Under the pieces are notes generated by a model that ran no database searches, was not told the origin of the DNA, and saw nothing but the letters and a program-made list of their open reading frames with translations. A program made the translations under genes and the position numbers. This document shows, one piece after another, positions 46,093 to 56,004 of a DNA stretch of 64,000 nucleotides. The stretch comes from Bacillota bacterium. GTDB taxonomy: Bacteria > Vulcanimicrobiota > JAJTBE01. Position 1 is the stretch's first letter. Each line of letters starts with the position of its first letter. The stretch is taken from the NCBI GenBank assembly GCA_021287065.1, contig JAJTBE010000201.1, positions 7,728 through 71,727 of the forward strand, in the 5' to 3' direction.

Positions 46093-47436
46093 ATGAGAAT
46101 AGCTGTATTTCTGCTTATTTTTCTGGCATTTCTTCCAGGTATAGCTTTTTGTTCACAATCAGAAGATCTGACTCTTCACGATGCATTAGCCAAAGCATTT
46201 GAAAACAACCGCACCATAGACAGTGCGGGAAAAGCTATCCTCGAAGCGGAGCATAATTTCAGTTCCACTCAGAAAGAAAGACTGCCCAAAGTGAATATGG
46301 GTTATTCATATATGTATCTGGGCAATGATGTTAATCTGACGGATACGGACCCATCCACAGGAGAATCCTATATTTTCCCTCTGGTAACGAAAAACAATTA
46401 CACCTGGAACACCGGCATTAACATGCCTTTATATACAGGGGGAGTTCAGGAGCTTACAGAGCTGATAGCAAAACTGGGGATTGATATTTCAAGAGTCAAG
46501 CTTATTCAGGCGAAGAACGAACTTGCGCTTAATGTTAAATGCTATTATTTCACAGTTTTGCGCAGCGAAAAGCTTATCGATTATTTCGAACAGAACCTGA
46601 AAAGTTATGAAAAGCACGAAGCTCAGAGTGTTTCTTTCAACAAACAGGGGCTTGTCGCAAAGAATGCAGTTCTGGAAGCCCGGGTTGAAAAAGCCAATGC
46701 GGAGCAGGAGCTGACTTCTGCAAGGAATGAAGCTGAAATCTCACGCTGTTCGCTGAACACCGTTATGGGTGTGGAGATTAACTCAGGATTTAATCTGAAA
46801 GACGGTCTGTCAGTAAAACCTCTGGAAATGTCATACGACGACTGTATTTTTTACGCAAAAAAACACAATCCTGATCTATTGGTGTTCTCCTTTGCAAAAC
46901 AACAGGCGCAAAGTGCGGTTAAGCTGGAAAAAGCCCATTATAACCCTACCCTGAATCTCAGCGCCAACTATTATCTTTATGGGGATACGCCGGGACTCAG
47001 GGGTAACGAAATGCTTCCCAACAACCTTCTGGTGGCAATGCTGAGCATAAACTGGGAATTATTCGACTGGGGTCAGAAAAATGAATCGGCAAAAGCCAGA
47101 CAGATGCAGTATGAGCAAGTGGTAAACAGCGAAAAGCTGGCACAGGACAATATCACCCTTAAAATCCGGGAAGCATACTCACAGATAAGAACAGCAGAGA
47201 AAAATGTTGCTACGGCAATAACAGCGCTTGATCTGGCAAAGGAAAACCTCAGAATTTCAAACCTCAGATATTCGGAGCAGGTTACAAATTCCACAGAAGT
47301 TCTGGATGCCATTACGGCGCTGAAGAAAGCGGAGTTCAACCACTGCAGCGCTTTATACAACTACAACATTGCTATGGCAAAACTTGAATATGCCATAGGT
47401 GCAGATATGGAACAGATTATCAAGGCAGGTAAGTAA
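46093..47436 (+). CDS. TolC-family outer membrane efflux protein
   Basis: Signal peptide MRIAVFLLIFLAFLPGIAFC and two OEP repeats (LTLHDALAKAFENN ...). Confidence 0.85.
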   Translation: MRIAVFLLIFLAFLPGIAFCSQSEDLTLHDALAKAFENNRTIDSAGKAILEAEHNFSSTQKERLPKVNMGYSYMYLGNDVNLTDTDPSTGESYIFPLVTKNNYTWNTGINMPLYTGGVQELTELIAKLGIDISRVKLIQAKNELALNVKCYYFTVLRSEKLIDYFEQNLKSYEKHEAQSVSFNKQGLVAKNAVLEARVEKANAEQELTSARNEAEISRCSLNTVMGVEINSGFNLKDGLSVKPLEMSYDDCIFYAKKHNPDLLVFSFAKQQAQSAVKLEKAHYNPTLNLSANYYLYGDTPGLRGNEMLPNNLLVAMLSINWELFDWGQKNESAKARQMQYEQVVNSEKLAQDNITLKIREAYSQIRTAEKNVATAITALDLAKENLRISNLRYSEQVTNSTEVLDAITALKKAEFNHCSALYNYNIAMAKLEYAIGADMEQIIKAGK

Positions 47437-47437
47437 T

Positions 47438-48742
47438 ATGGAATCAAAGAGAATCATTCAGATTATACTGGTTGCTGTTTTCGTAATACTTATCGGAATC
47501 GGCGTAGTTATGTTTTTCAGACATAACAATCAGGTAAAGGAATCATCTGATAAAATCTCAACTTCCGGCAGGATAGAAGGCGATGAATACAATGCTTCGT
47601 CTAAGATAGCCGGAAAGGTGGAAAAAATTTATGTTGAGGAAGGGCAGGATGTAAAAAAGGGCCAGCTCGTCGCCCGGATTCAGTCGCCTCAGCTTGAAGC
47701 GCAGCTTGAATCTGCAAGAAAAGAAGTCAATATATGGCGAAACAGACTTTATCAGGCTGAACTGGCGCTGAGTCAGGCACGACAGCAGGTTGACGCAAAC
47801 ATCAGGCAGGCTGAAGCAAATCTGAATGTTTATTCATCACAGCTTGACAAAGCCCATGCTTCGTACAGACAGAATATGGTGCAGTTTGAGCAGTCGAAGA
47901 TTCAGATAAAGCAGTCAGAGATTGAACATGAGCAGGCTCTTGCCAATCTGAGGAAGTCAAAAGCCAGCCTTGAACTTGCGGAGCTGGAATATAAAAGATA
48001 CGGAAATCTTGCAAGAGAAGATGCGGTTCCCCGGGCAAAATACGACGAAGTCGCCAGTCAGTATAAAACGGCGAAAGCTGATTATAATCTGGCGTTGAGC
48101 GATGTTCAGAAAAGCCTTGTGAATATTGAAAACAGCAAGAAGAATCTTTCGATGATGTATGCGGTAACCCAGACAGGTCAGGCAGGGATCCGTGAAGGGG
48201 AAGCTTATGTTGAATCAGGCAGAGCCGGTTTAAATTCAACAAAAACCGGTATTTTCGATGTCCACCAGAAAGAAGAGGAAGTCAAAAATACCAAAGCTAT
48301 GCTTGATAAATCTGTTGCGATGCTCAACTCAGCCACGGCGGATCTTGAGGATACAAAAATATGCGCTCCCGTTGACGGAACAATAACGGGGAAAATTGTT
48401 GAACCCGGTGAGGTTATAGCCACCGGAACTCCCATTGTAACCCTGGTGAATATGGATACACTCTACCTGCGGGTATTTTTGCCCACTGACAAATATAACA
48501 AACTGAAAATCGGCAATTTTGCGGAAATCATCCCGGATGGTATGCCGGATACAAAAATCGCCGGTTATGTATATAAGATTTCATCAAGGGCGCAGTTTAC
48601 CCCTAAAAATGTTGAGACCAAAGAACAACGGGCGAAGCTTGTGTTTGAAATCAAAATCAAGATAAAAAACAACAGGGAACGGACGCTGAAGCCGGGTATG
48701 CCGGCGGAAACCGTCATTGATATAACAAAGCAGGGAAAATAG
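47438..48742 (+). CDS. HlyD-family periplasmic adaptor
   Basis: TM anchor, lipoyl-like SGRIEGDEYNASSKIAGKVEKIYVEEGQDVKKGQLVARI, long coiled coil and a beta-barrel C-terminus. Confidence 0.85.
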   Translation: MESKRIIQIILVAVFVILIGIGVVMFFRHNNQVKESSDKISTSGRIEGDEYNASSKIAGKVEKIYVEEGQDVKKGQLVARIQSPQLEAQLESARKEVNIWRNRLYQAELALSQARQQVDANIRQAEANLNVYSSQLDKAHASYRQNMVQFEQSKIQIKQSEIEHEQALANLRKSKASLELAELEYKRYGNLAREDAVPRAKYDEVASQYKTAKADYNLALSDVQKSLVNIENSKKNLSMMYAVTQTGQAGIREGEAYVESGRAGLNSTKTGIFDVHQKEEEVKNTKAMLDKSVAMLNSATADLEDTKICAPVDGTITGKIVEPGEVIATGTPIVTLVNMDTLYLRVFLPTDKYNKLKIGNFAEIIPDGMPDTKIAGYVYKISSRAQFTPKNVETKEQRAKLVFEIKIKIKNNRERTLKPGMPAETVIDITKQGK

Positions 48743-48771
48743 CAGAAAGGCGCATCAGGCTGAAATCATTT

Positions 48772-50715
48772 ATGGAATCTGTATTTTCGGTAAAAAGCAT
48801 TTCAAAAAGCTTTAAGAATGTAAACGCTCTGAAGGATGTATCCCTTGAAATCAAACCCGGGGAGATATTCGGTTTGCTGGGACCTGACGGAGCCGGAAAA
48901 AGCACTCTGCTTTATATCGCCGGAGGACTCATGAAACCTGATGCCGGGGAAGCATATCTATTGGGCGCCAATATGCTGAAAAATCCGGATGAGGTGAAAC
49001 CTAAGATCGGTTTTCTGCCTCAGGGCCTTGGGCTTTCACTGGCAGCAGAACTCAGCATCGAAGAAAATATGGATTATTTTGCAAGGATAAATAATGTACC
49101 AAGGCAGCAGAGGGAAAAACTGAAAAATGAGCTGCTCAGTGTTACAAAACTCAGCAAATTCAGGGACAGACAGGCAAAAAATCTGTCAGGAGGTATGAAG
49201 CAGAAGCTGGGGCTCTGCTGCACCCTGATTCATTCACCCCAGCTTGTTTTTCTTGATGAACCGACAACCGGTGTAGATCCTATTTCAAGGCGTGATATAT
49301 GGTATCTCATAAACAAGATAATCAAGGAACGGGAAATCACAATCATACTCACCACTTCGTATATGGACGAGGCGGAAAGATGCCACAGGTCTGCGCTTAT
49401 GCATGAAGGTGAGATTCTTGCCATCGGCGACATGGAGCATCTGACAAAACAGATTGACGGTAAACTTCTGGAAATACATGTAAACGATCAGCAGAATGCT
49501 CTTAATGCAATAAAGAAGATTGACGGTATAAAAGTGGTTTATCCCATGGGACACAGGCTAAATGCCATATACAGCAACGGAAACGGTAGTTCTGCCGGTG
49601 ATTTGCAGAAAAAAGCCATAGCGGCGGGGATTGAGATAAAGGGTGTTGAGGAAGGAATTCCAACCCTTGAGGATATTTTTCTGACAAAGGTTATGAAGGA
49701 GTCGGGAGGATCTGATCTGGAAGCCCTTGAGGAGTTTTTCGGAAAATCAGGAAGTGATGTATCGAAAAACAAAGATGATCTGATGATCGAAGTTAAAAAT
49801 CTTTACAAATACTTCGGAAAATTTGCAGCAGTTGACAATGTGAGTTTTTATGTAAAACGGGGGGAGATTTTCGGATTTCTGGGACCAAACGGAGCCGGAA
49901 AAACAACTACTATCAAAATGCTTTGCGGGCTTTATCCACCATCAAAAGGTACGGGAAAAATAGGCCGGTTTAATTTGATGAAGGAGCAATTCGGCATAAA
50001 AAAGAGCATCGGATATATGTCTCAGAAGTTTTCACTATACAGGGATCTTACAGTGGGAGAAAATGTTGAGCTTTATGCAGGCATATACGGAGTTCCCGGA
50101 AACGAACTGAAAAGGCGTAAGGAACTGATTCTCCGTATTTCGGATCTTTCGGGAAAAGACAGAGTTATGACAGAAAGCCTGCCTATGGGCATAAAGCAGA
50201 GGCTCGCCCTGGGGTGCGCCATTATTCATAAGCCTGAGGTTATATTTCTTGATGAACCGACTTCAGGAGTGGATCCTGTAGCCCGAAGGCTTTTCTGGGA
50301 TAACATTTTCTTTCTTGCGAGGCGAATGGGTGTAACCATACTTGTTACAACCCACTATATGGACGAAGCGGAACACTGCGACAGACTTTCGCTTATGCAT
50401 ATGGGAAAACTGATTGCCCTCGGTTCGCCGGATGAGTTAAAAGACAAAGTCAACGGTGAAATCGGGACAATGTTTGAATTGCTGACCGAATCACCTTTTG
50501 AAACAATGGATTTGCTTGCGGGCAAATTCGGATTCTGCAACATTTTTGGCAGGCGGATCCATCTTTATACCACAGACCACGAAAGAGACAAAATAGTAAT
50601 AAACCGGATTCTTGAAGAAAAGGGAATCACTCTGCTTGATATACGGGAAAAAGCAGTACCTTTTGAAGATGTGTTTGTATATTTCTGTGAAAAAGCTGAA
50701 AGGGAAGCTGTGTGA
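48772..50715 (+). CDS. ABC transporter ATP-binding protein with two NBDs (YbhF-like)
   Basis: Walker A GPDGAGKST and GPNGAGKTT. Signatures LSGGMKQKL and the second-domain equivalent. Confidence 0.9.
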   Translation: MESVFSVKSISKSFKNVNALKDVSLEIKPGEIFGLLGPDGAGKSTLLYIAGGLMKPDAGEAYLLGANMLKNPDEVKPKIGFLPQGLGLSLAAELSIEENMDYFARINNVPRQQREKLKNELLSVTKLSKFRDRQAKNLSGGMKQKLGLCCTLIHSPQLVFLDEPTTGVDPISRRDIWYLINKIIKEREITIILTTSYMDEAERCHRSALMHEGEILAIGDMEHLTKQIDGKLLEIHVNDQQNALNAIKKIDGIKVVYPMGHRLNAIYSNGNGSSAGDLQKKAIAAGIEIKGVEEGIPTLEDIFLTKVMKESGGSDLEALEEFFGKSGSDVSKNKDDLMIEVKNLYKYFGKFAAVDNVSFYVKRGEIFGFLGPNGAGKTTTIKMLCGLYPPSKGTGKIGRFNLMKEQFGIKKSIGYMSQKFSLYRDLTVGENVELYAGIYGVPGNELKRRKELILRISDLSGKDRVMTESLPMGIKQRLALGCAIIHKPEVIFLDEPTSGVDPVARRLFWDNIFFLARRMGVTILVTTHYMDEAEHCDRLSLMHMGKLIALGSPDELKDKVNGEIGTMFELLTESPFETMDLLAGKFGFCNIFGRRIHLYTTDHERDKIVINRILEEKGITLLDIREKAVPFEDVFVYFCEKAEREAV

Positions 50716-51857
50716 TGTTTTCCGTAAAACGAATGTATGAAGTTACTCGCAAGGAAACAAAGGAGCTTATCCGCAACAAGATGGGCTTTATGCTCAGTAT
50801 TATTGCGCCTGTGGTTCTGTATTTTCTCTTTTCATTCGGTATGCCCCTCGAAGTGAAAGATATTCCAATGGCTATTCTGGATGAAGATAATACCCCTGAA
50901 AGCAGACTTCTGGCGGACTCATTAAAAAAGTCAAGAACCTTCAGCCTTGTGCAGCAAGTAAAAAGCTATGCTGAGATGGAAAATATCATGCGGCTGGGAA
51001 ACATCAGAGCTTGTTTTGTAATTCCCCAGGGATTTGCCAAAAAGATAAAACGCTCCGAGCCCCAGACAATTCTGGCACTGATCGAGGCAACTTATCCCGG
51101 CAGGGCGCAGATGTCCGGGGGATACGGCGAAGCAGTCGTTCAGGAATTCAACAGCCGGGTTATGGCAGATTTTCTGAAGAAATATGCAGGAGCCGAAGCA
51201 GGGGGGACAGTTCCTGTAAATCTTTATATCTCTCCCTGGTTTAATCCCACACTGAGGAGTGAGGATTATATTGTACCCGGTGTAATCGGAGTGATTCTTG
51301 TTTTCCTTCCACCGATTATTGCAGCTATTTCAGTAGCCAAAGAAAAGGAAACAGGGTCAATAATCAACATGTTTGTTTCCCCTATCGGAAAAGCTGAATA
51401 TCTGCTGGGAAAGATGATTCCATACATTGTAATTACCTATTTCAATTTCATTCTGTTTTTCATCTTTACCGTTACTATTTTCAAAGTGCCTCTCAGAGGG
51501 GATCCTGTCTTGCTTTTTGCCGTTTCCCTTCTGTATTCGATAGATGTAATCGGAATCGGGCTTCTGGTTTCCGTTCTTGTGAGCAACCAGATTTCGGCAA
51601 TTCTTGTATCTGCAGTTCTTAACCTGATTCCCGCATTTATGTATTCCGGATTTTTCATTCCCCTGATATGTCTTGATGACAGCGCAAAGCAGACTGCTTA
51701 TTCACTGATTACAACATACTACATCGACTTTATCAGAAAACTCATGATTAAAGGCCTGGGACCGGATTATCTGATGGGAAGCATTACTGCTATGCTGATT
51801 TACGGGTTTGCAGTTTATGGACTGTCTATTATTCTCTTTAAAAAGAAGCTGGGATAA
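50712..51857 (+). CDS. ABC-2 type permease (YbhS-like)
   Basis: N-terminal TM, a large periplasmic loop, then 5 TM segments. Start overlaps the upstream stop (GTGATG). Confidence 0.85.
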   Translation: MMFSVKRMYEVTRKETKELIRNKMGFMLSIIAPVVLYFLFSFGMPLEVKDIPMAILDEDNTPESRLLADSLKKSRTFSLVQQVKSYAEMENIMRLGNIRACFVIPQGFAKKIKRSEPQTILALIEATYPGRAQMSGGYGEAVVQEFNSRVMADFLKKYAGAEAGGTVPVNLYISPWFNPTLRSEDYIVPGVIGVILVFLPPIIAAISVAKEKETGSIINMFVSPIGKAEYLLGKMIPYIVITYFNFILFFIFTVTIFKVPLRGDPVLLFAVSLLYSIDVIGIGLLVSVLVSNQISAILVSAVLNLIPAFMYSGFFIPLICLDDSAKQTAYSLITTYYIDFIRKLMIKGLGPDYLMGSITAMLIYGFAVYGLSIILFKKKLG

Positions 51858-51860
51858 TTT

Positions 51861-52988
51861 ATGTCATTCAAACTCTACATACTCATAAAAAAAGAAGTGC
51901 TGCAGTTTTTCAGGAATATCCCGCTGCTGGTGATAGTTCTGTATGCCTGCACCCTTGATGTTTATATGGCAGGAGGCCTTGGCTCGGACCTTCAGAATTA
52001 TCCGATTGCCATTTATGATCTGGATAAGACACCGAAGAGCCAGAAGCTTATAGAGACTATCAGAGAACCGTATTTTAAAATATATGGAATGCTCAATGAC
52101 GAAAAAGAGATTGATGAACTCATCCTCAGAGGAGATGTAGGCGTTGTTCTGGTGATCCCCAAAAATTTTCAGAATGATATAAACAGCCGCAGAGGTGCAA
52201 CGGTTCAGATAATTCTTGATGCCACCAACAGCGGCACTGCAGAGCTGGTTGCAAATTATCTTTATTCCATAACTTCCGATTATTCATCAAAAATAATCGT
52301 GAAGGAATGGAAATACTCAAAAACGGTTTATAAGATGATACCGGTTATGGATGTAAGTTCGAGGTTTGAATATAACGAAACCCTTAAAACGGAATGGACG
52401 ATGTGCCTTCAGGAATTTTTCACCATTCTTACACTTATCGCCATACTTCTGCCGGCTACTGCAATGGTCAACGAAAAGCAATTCGGCACCATAGAGCAGC
52501 TCATGGTTACACCTCTCAGGCCCTGGGAGATTATGCTTGCAAAAGTGCTGCCAATGGTGGGAATATTTATAATAGCGAGCTTTATCTGTATTTACTGTAT
52601 TCTGATTCCCGTTATCGGAGTGCCGCTCAGGGGCAGTATTATTGATTTTCTGATTCTGACGGTTATGTTCTGTTTTGCCTCATCAGGCCTTGGGCTTCTC
52701 ATTTCCACAGTATCAAACAACCTGTCGGAAACGGTTCTTCTCACTCTTCTGACGCTGTTTCCAATTATGTTTCTGTCAGGAGCCACGGTTCCGCCAGAGG
52801 CTATGCCTTCGTGGATGCAGTGGCTTATCCAGCTTTCACCACTCAAATACTATCTCGACATGGGCGTAGCTATATTCCTGAAGGGAAATTCCCTCCTGTT
52901 TATGTGGAAGCAGTTTTTAGGCCTTGTGGCAATAGGTCTGGGTATATTCTGGCTCGGCGCCGTGCGTTTCAAAAAGATGTTCGGTTAA
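51861..52988 (+). CDS. ABC-2 type permease (YbhR-like)
   Basis: Paralogous architecture to the preceding permease. Confidence 0.85.
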   Translation: MSFKLYILIKKEVLQFFRNIPLLVIVLYACTLDVYMAGGLGSDLQNYPIAIYDLDKTPKSQKLIETIREPYFKIYGMLNDEKEIDELILRGDVGVVLVIPKNFQNDINSRRGATVQIILDATNSGTAELVANYLYSITSDYSSKIIVKEWKYSKTVYKMIPVMDVSSRFEYNETLKTEWTMCLQEFFTILTLIAILLPATAMVNEKQFGTIEQLMVTPLRPWEIMLAKVLPMVGIFIIASFICIYCILIPVIGVPLRGSIIDFLILTVMFCFASSGLGLLISTVSNNLSETVLLTLLTLFPIMFLSGATVPPEAMPSWMQWLIQLSPLKYYLDMGVAIFLKGNSLLFMWKQFLGLVAIGLGIFWLGAVRFKKMFG

Positions 52989-53000
52989 GGGGGGTTGGGG

Positions 53001-53294
53001 CAATGCCCATGAATTAAGGCATGGATTTATCTGATCGCTCACGAGAATTGTAACCGTTTGCCCAGCTCCCAGAGAAAACTTTTTGGAAAAAGTTTCCTCC
53101 GGACCTCCTTCCCAAAACTTTGGAATCGGGGGACCGACCGGGGACCGTGGGATCTGGACCGACCAGGGGTTGGGGACCGTCAGAGGGAACCACGCTTTTT
53201 TGGAAAAGCGAGATTACCCTCCGAACCTCCCTCCTTGAAAAACAGGAGTATTCGGGCGGGAATTGGAGTAAATTTTACTAATTCAACGGCATTG
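53001..53294 (+). repeat. Family A MITE-like element, copy 3
   Basis: TIRs CAATGCCCATGAAT / ATTCAACGGCATTG. Begins 12 nt after the permease stop. Confidence 0.8.
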
Positions 53295-53336
53295 GGTAAG
53301 AGCGACCGGGGGATTTTGACCGACGGGGGTTGGGGG

Positions 53337-53622
53337 CAATGCCCATGAATTAAGGCATGGATTTATATAATCGCACACGAGAATTGTAACCGTTTGCCCA
53401 GCTCCCAGAGAAAACTTTTTGAAAAAAGTTTCCTCCGGACCTCCATCCCAAAACTTTTGAATCGGGGGACCGACCAGGGGGGGTGGACCCACTGGGGTTT
53501 GGGGACCATCAGAGGAGACCACGCTTTTCTGGACAAGCGGGTTGCCCTCCGAACCTCCCTCCCTGAAAAACAGGAGTATGAGGTTGGAGATTTGAGTAAA
53601 TTTTACTGATTCAGCGGCATTG
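53337..53622 (+). repeat. Family A MITE-like element, copy 4 (tandem with copy 3)
   Basis: TIRs CAATGCCCATGAAT / ATTCAGCGGCATTG. Ends 3 nt before the sigma factor stop codon. Confidence 0.8.
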
Positions 53623-53625
53623 GGG

Positions 53626-54456
53626 TTAGATCTCCCTGCCTTTTGGAGCGATAATAGTTTCTCTCAGTTTTTCAATCGCTTTTTTAAGCATTCTGGAAAC
53701 TTTTTTCTGCGATAAACCAAGATTGACCGCAATCTGAGACTGAGTAAGATCTTTATAGAAGAACAGATTGATAACGCTTTTTTCGAGTAGTTTGAGTTGT
53801 TCGATAGCCTGCTCAAGGACAATTCTGTCCTCAACGGGAAGGCGGAAGTTTTCGGGTCTGATACTCTTGATTCGATCCAGCATCAGATAATCGTTTGAAG
53901 CTTCGCCATAATCATCAAGGCTTACAACATATCTGGATTTGAGAATCTCAACAATACCTTCACTCTCAATGTTGAGGGCTGTGGAGATTTCCTTTATGGA
54001 AGGAAGGCGTTTTTCATTCTGGAGAAAATCGTCCATAAACTTCGTGACTTCACGATTCAGGCTAGTCAACCAGCGGGGTCTTTTTACGCTTTCTGCCTTA
54101 TCTCTGATGTAATGCCTGATTTCTCCCATAACGCAGTGTGTTGCGTATGTGATGAATTTAACCCCTCTGTCGGGGTCATAGTTATCGACGGCTTTGATAA
54201 GCCCTATGTATCCGACCTGAATAAGGTCTTCCTGATTATCTCTGTTCTGTGTGAACTTTCTTGCAACAGGCACTACTATAGAAAGATTGTCCCTAACCAA
54301 ACGATCTCTGATAGCAGGATCGCGGGATTTTTTCAACTCCCTGAAGTCGTCAGCTTCCTGCGGGTCTGGTTTTTCTTCGGTATCGAGCACCAAATCCGTG
54401 ATGTCGCCAATTACTTCGGGATCAAACTCCTGTTGTTCTGTATTGTTCATTTTCAT
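53626..54456 (-). CDS. RNA polymerase sigma factor, sigma-70 family group 3 (SigB/SigF/SigG-like)
   Basis: Region 2 DLIQVGYIGLIKAVDNYD ... FITYATHCVMGEIRHYIRD and region 4.2 LTQSQIAVNLGLSQKKVSRMLKKAIEKLR. Start uncertain (54456, 54450 or 54483). Confidence 0.85.
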   Translation of the reverse strand: MKMNNTEQQEFDPEVIGDITDLVLDTEEKPDPQEADDFRELKKSRDPAIRDRLVRDNLSIVVPVARKFTQNRDNQEDLIQVGYIGLIKAVDNYDPDRGVKFITYATHCVMGEIRHYIRDKAESVKRPRWLTSLNREVTKFMDDFLQNEKRLPSIKEISTALNIESEGIVEILKSRYVVSLDDYGEASNDYLMLDRIKSIRPENFRLPVEDRIVLEQAIEQLKLLEKSVINLFFYKDLTQSQIAVNLGLSQKKVSRMLKKAIEKLRETIIAPKGREI

Positions 54457-54540
54457 CTCAGTGTGAATCCACCATCCACACAATATTTTCAGTATAAACT
54501 TTTTAGTATGTAATTATAGTGTATCAAATAATTGGGAAAA

Positions 54541-54571
54541 GTAAAAGGGGTACAGTCTTGCGACTGTCCCC
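54541..54571 (-). terminator. Rho-independent terminator after pilC
   Basis: Minus strand reads GGGGACAGTC-GCAA-GACTGTACCCC followed by TTTTAC. Confidence 0.55.
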
Positions 54572-54656
54572 AAATTTTTATCCGCCAGGTTCCGAATCTC
54601 CTTCAAACAAGAAAGTGTATCCGGTTAAGTTATCTTAATTTTCTGCAATCGGCGTA

Positions 54657-55883
54657 TTACTGCAGTTTTCCGATCAACTGGTACAGGGGCAGGAACACTG
54701 ATATAACAATGAATCCTACGATGCCGCCCATACCTACGATCATGATAGGCTCCAGCATCGATGTGAGCGAAGCAAGCAGGTATTCGACCTCAGTATCGTA
54801 AAAGTCTGCAATTTTGGACAACATAGCGTCCAGGTTTCCGGTTTCTTCTCCAACTGCTACCATCTGTGTAACCATCGGAGGGAACATACCGCTGGCGCCG
54901 AGGGGTGAAGCAATTGATTCACCTTCACGGATTGATTCTCTAACCTTTGACACTGTCATTGCCACAATTTCGTTACCGGAAGCTTTACCTACGATTTCCA
55001 GTGCCTGCATAATAGGCACACCGGAAGAGAGGAGAGTTCCGAGGGTTCTGCAGAATCTGGAGATAGACACCTTTTTGTTCAGAAGTCCGAATACGGGGAC
55101 ATTCAGTTTCAGAAGGTCATACTGTCTTCTGCCGAAGGGAGTCTGAACATACCTTTGCAGTGCTATGGCACCTATTACAAGCAGTACAAGTGCAGGTACA
55201 ACGATGAGCGGATTTCTCGCTCCTTCGGTAATAGCCATAAGAATCTGCGTGGGAAGGGGAAGTTCCAGATCCATACCCCTGAACAGGGTAACGAATGTAG
55301 GAAGAATGTAAGTTACAAGGAAGAACACAATGCCCAGCGCCATAATCAGAATTACGACAGGGTAGGTCAATGCCGAAGTCACTTTCTTCTTCAAACTGAA
55401 GTCTTTCTCCATGAAAGAAGCAAGTCGTTCCAGCACTTCGTCGAGAACGCCGCCCATTTCGCCAGCCTTGACCATGCTCACATACAGTGTTGAGAACACC
55501 AGTGGATGCTTGGCAAGGGCGTTGGAAAGGGTGGATCCTCCCTCCACGTCTCTTCTCACCTGAATCAACGTAGCCTGAAGTTTTTTGTCTTCAGTCTGCT
55601 CTGAGAGAATGTCGAGACATCTCACCATTGCGAGACCTGCGTTGATCATTGTGGCGAACTGACGGGAGAAAACTGTAAGTGCCTGTTCCTTAACCTTGCT
55701 GAATTGCTGCAGGAAACCCATGACATCCTGCTGTGCTCCGGGAGTAACCTTTTCCTTAATATTAATTACGGTATAGTGCATCTCCTGGAGTTTCTGAGTT
55801 GCCATTCGCAGGTTTTGTGCAGTAATAGTGTCTCTTCTTAAATTTCCTGCCTGGTCGCGCGCTTCATATTGAAAAACAGGCAT
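54657..55883 (-). CDS. pilC: Type IV pilus assembly platform protein PilC (T2SS F family)
   Basis: Two T2SSF repeats, 3 TM segments, about 408 aa. Adjacent to pilT and pilB. Confidence 0.9.
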   Translation of the reverse strand: MPVFQYEARDQAGNLRRDTITAQNLRMATQKLQEMHYTVINIKEKVTPGAQQDVMGFLQQFSKVKEQALTVFSRQFATMINAGLAMVRCLDILSEQTEDKKLQATLIQVRRDVEGGSTLSNALAKHPLVFSTLYVSMVKAGEMGGVLDEVLERLASFMEKDFSLKKKVTSALTYPVVILIMALGIVFFLVTYILPTFVTLFRGMDLELPLPTQILMAITEGARNPLIVVPALVLLVIGAIALQRYVQTPFGRRQYDLLKLNVPVFGLLNKKVSISRFCRTLGTLLSSGVPIMQALEIVGKASGNEIVAMTVSKVRESIREGESIASPLGASGMFPPMVTQMVAVGEETGNLDAMLSKIADFYDTEVEYLLASLTSMLEPIMIVGMGGIVGFIVISVFLPLYQLIGKLQ

Positions 55884-56004
55884 ACGGCCAAGACCTCCCT
55901 TTTAGATTTTGCTCAGGTTGCCAACAAGGAAAATGGCAAGCGGAATTAACCACCACCACATACATTTCACCCCCTAAAGAAGTTTCCTTCAATAAAATTT
56001 CAGA

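Noticed and set aside
53058-53609. ORFs 53058-53348 and 53394-53609 (and 16970-17173, 17015-17200, 35269-35592) starting MPSSQRKLF...
   Set aside because: They are drawn through family A elements. Copies differ by indels that are not multiples of three, so no frame is conserved.
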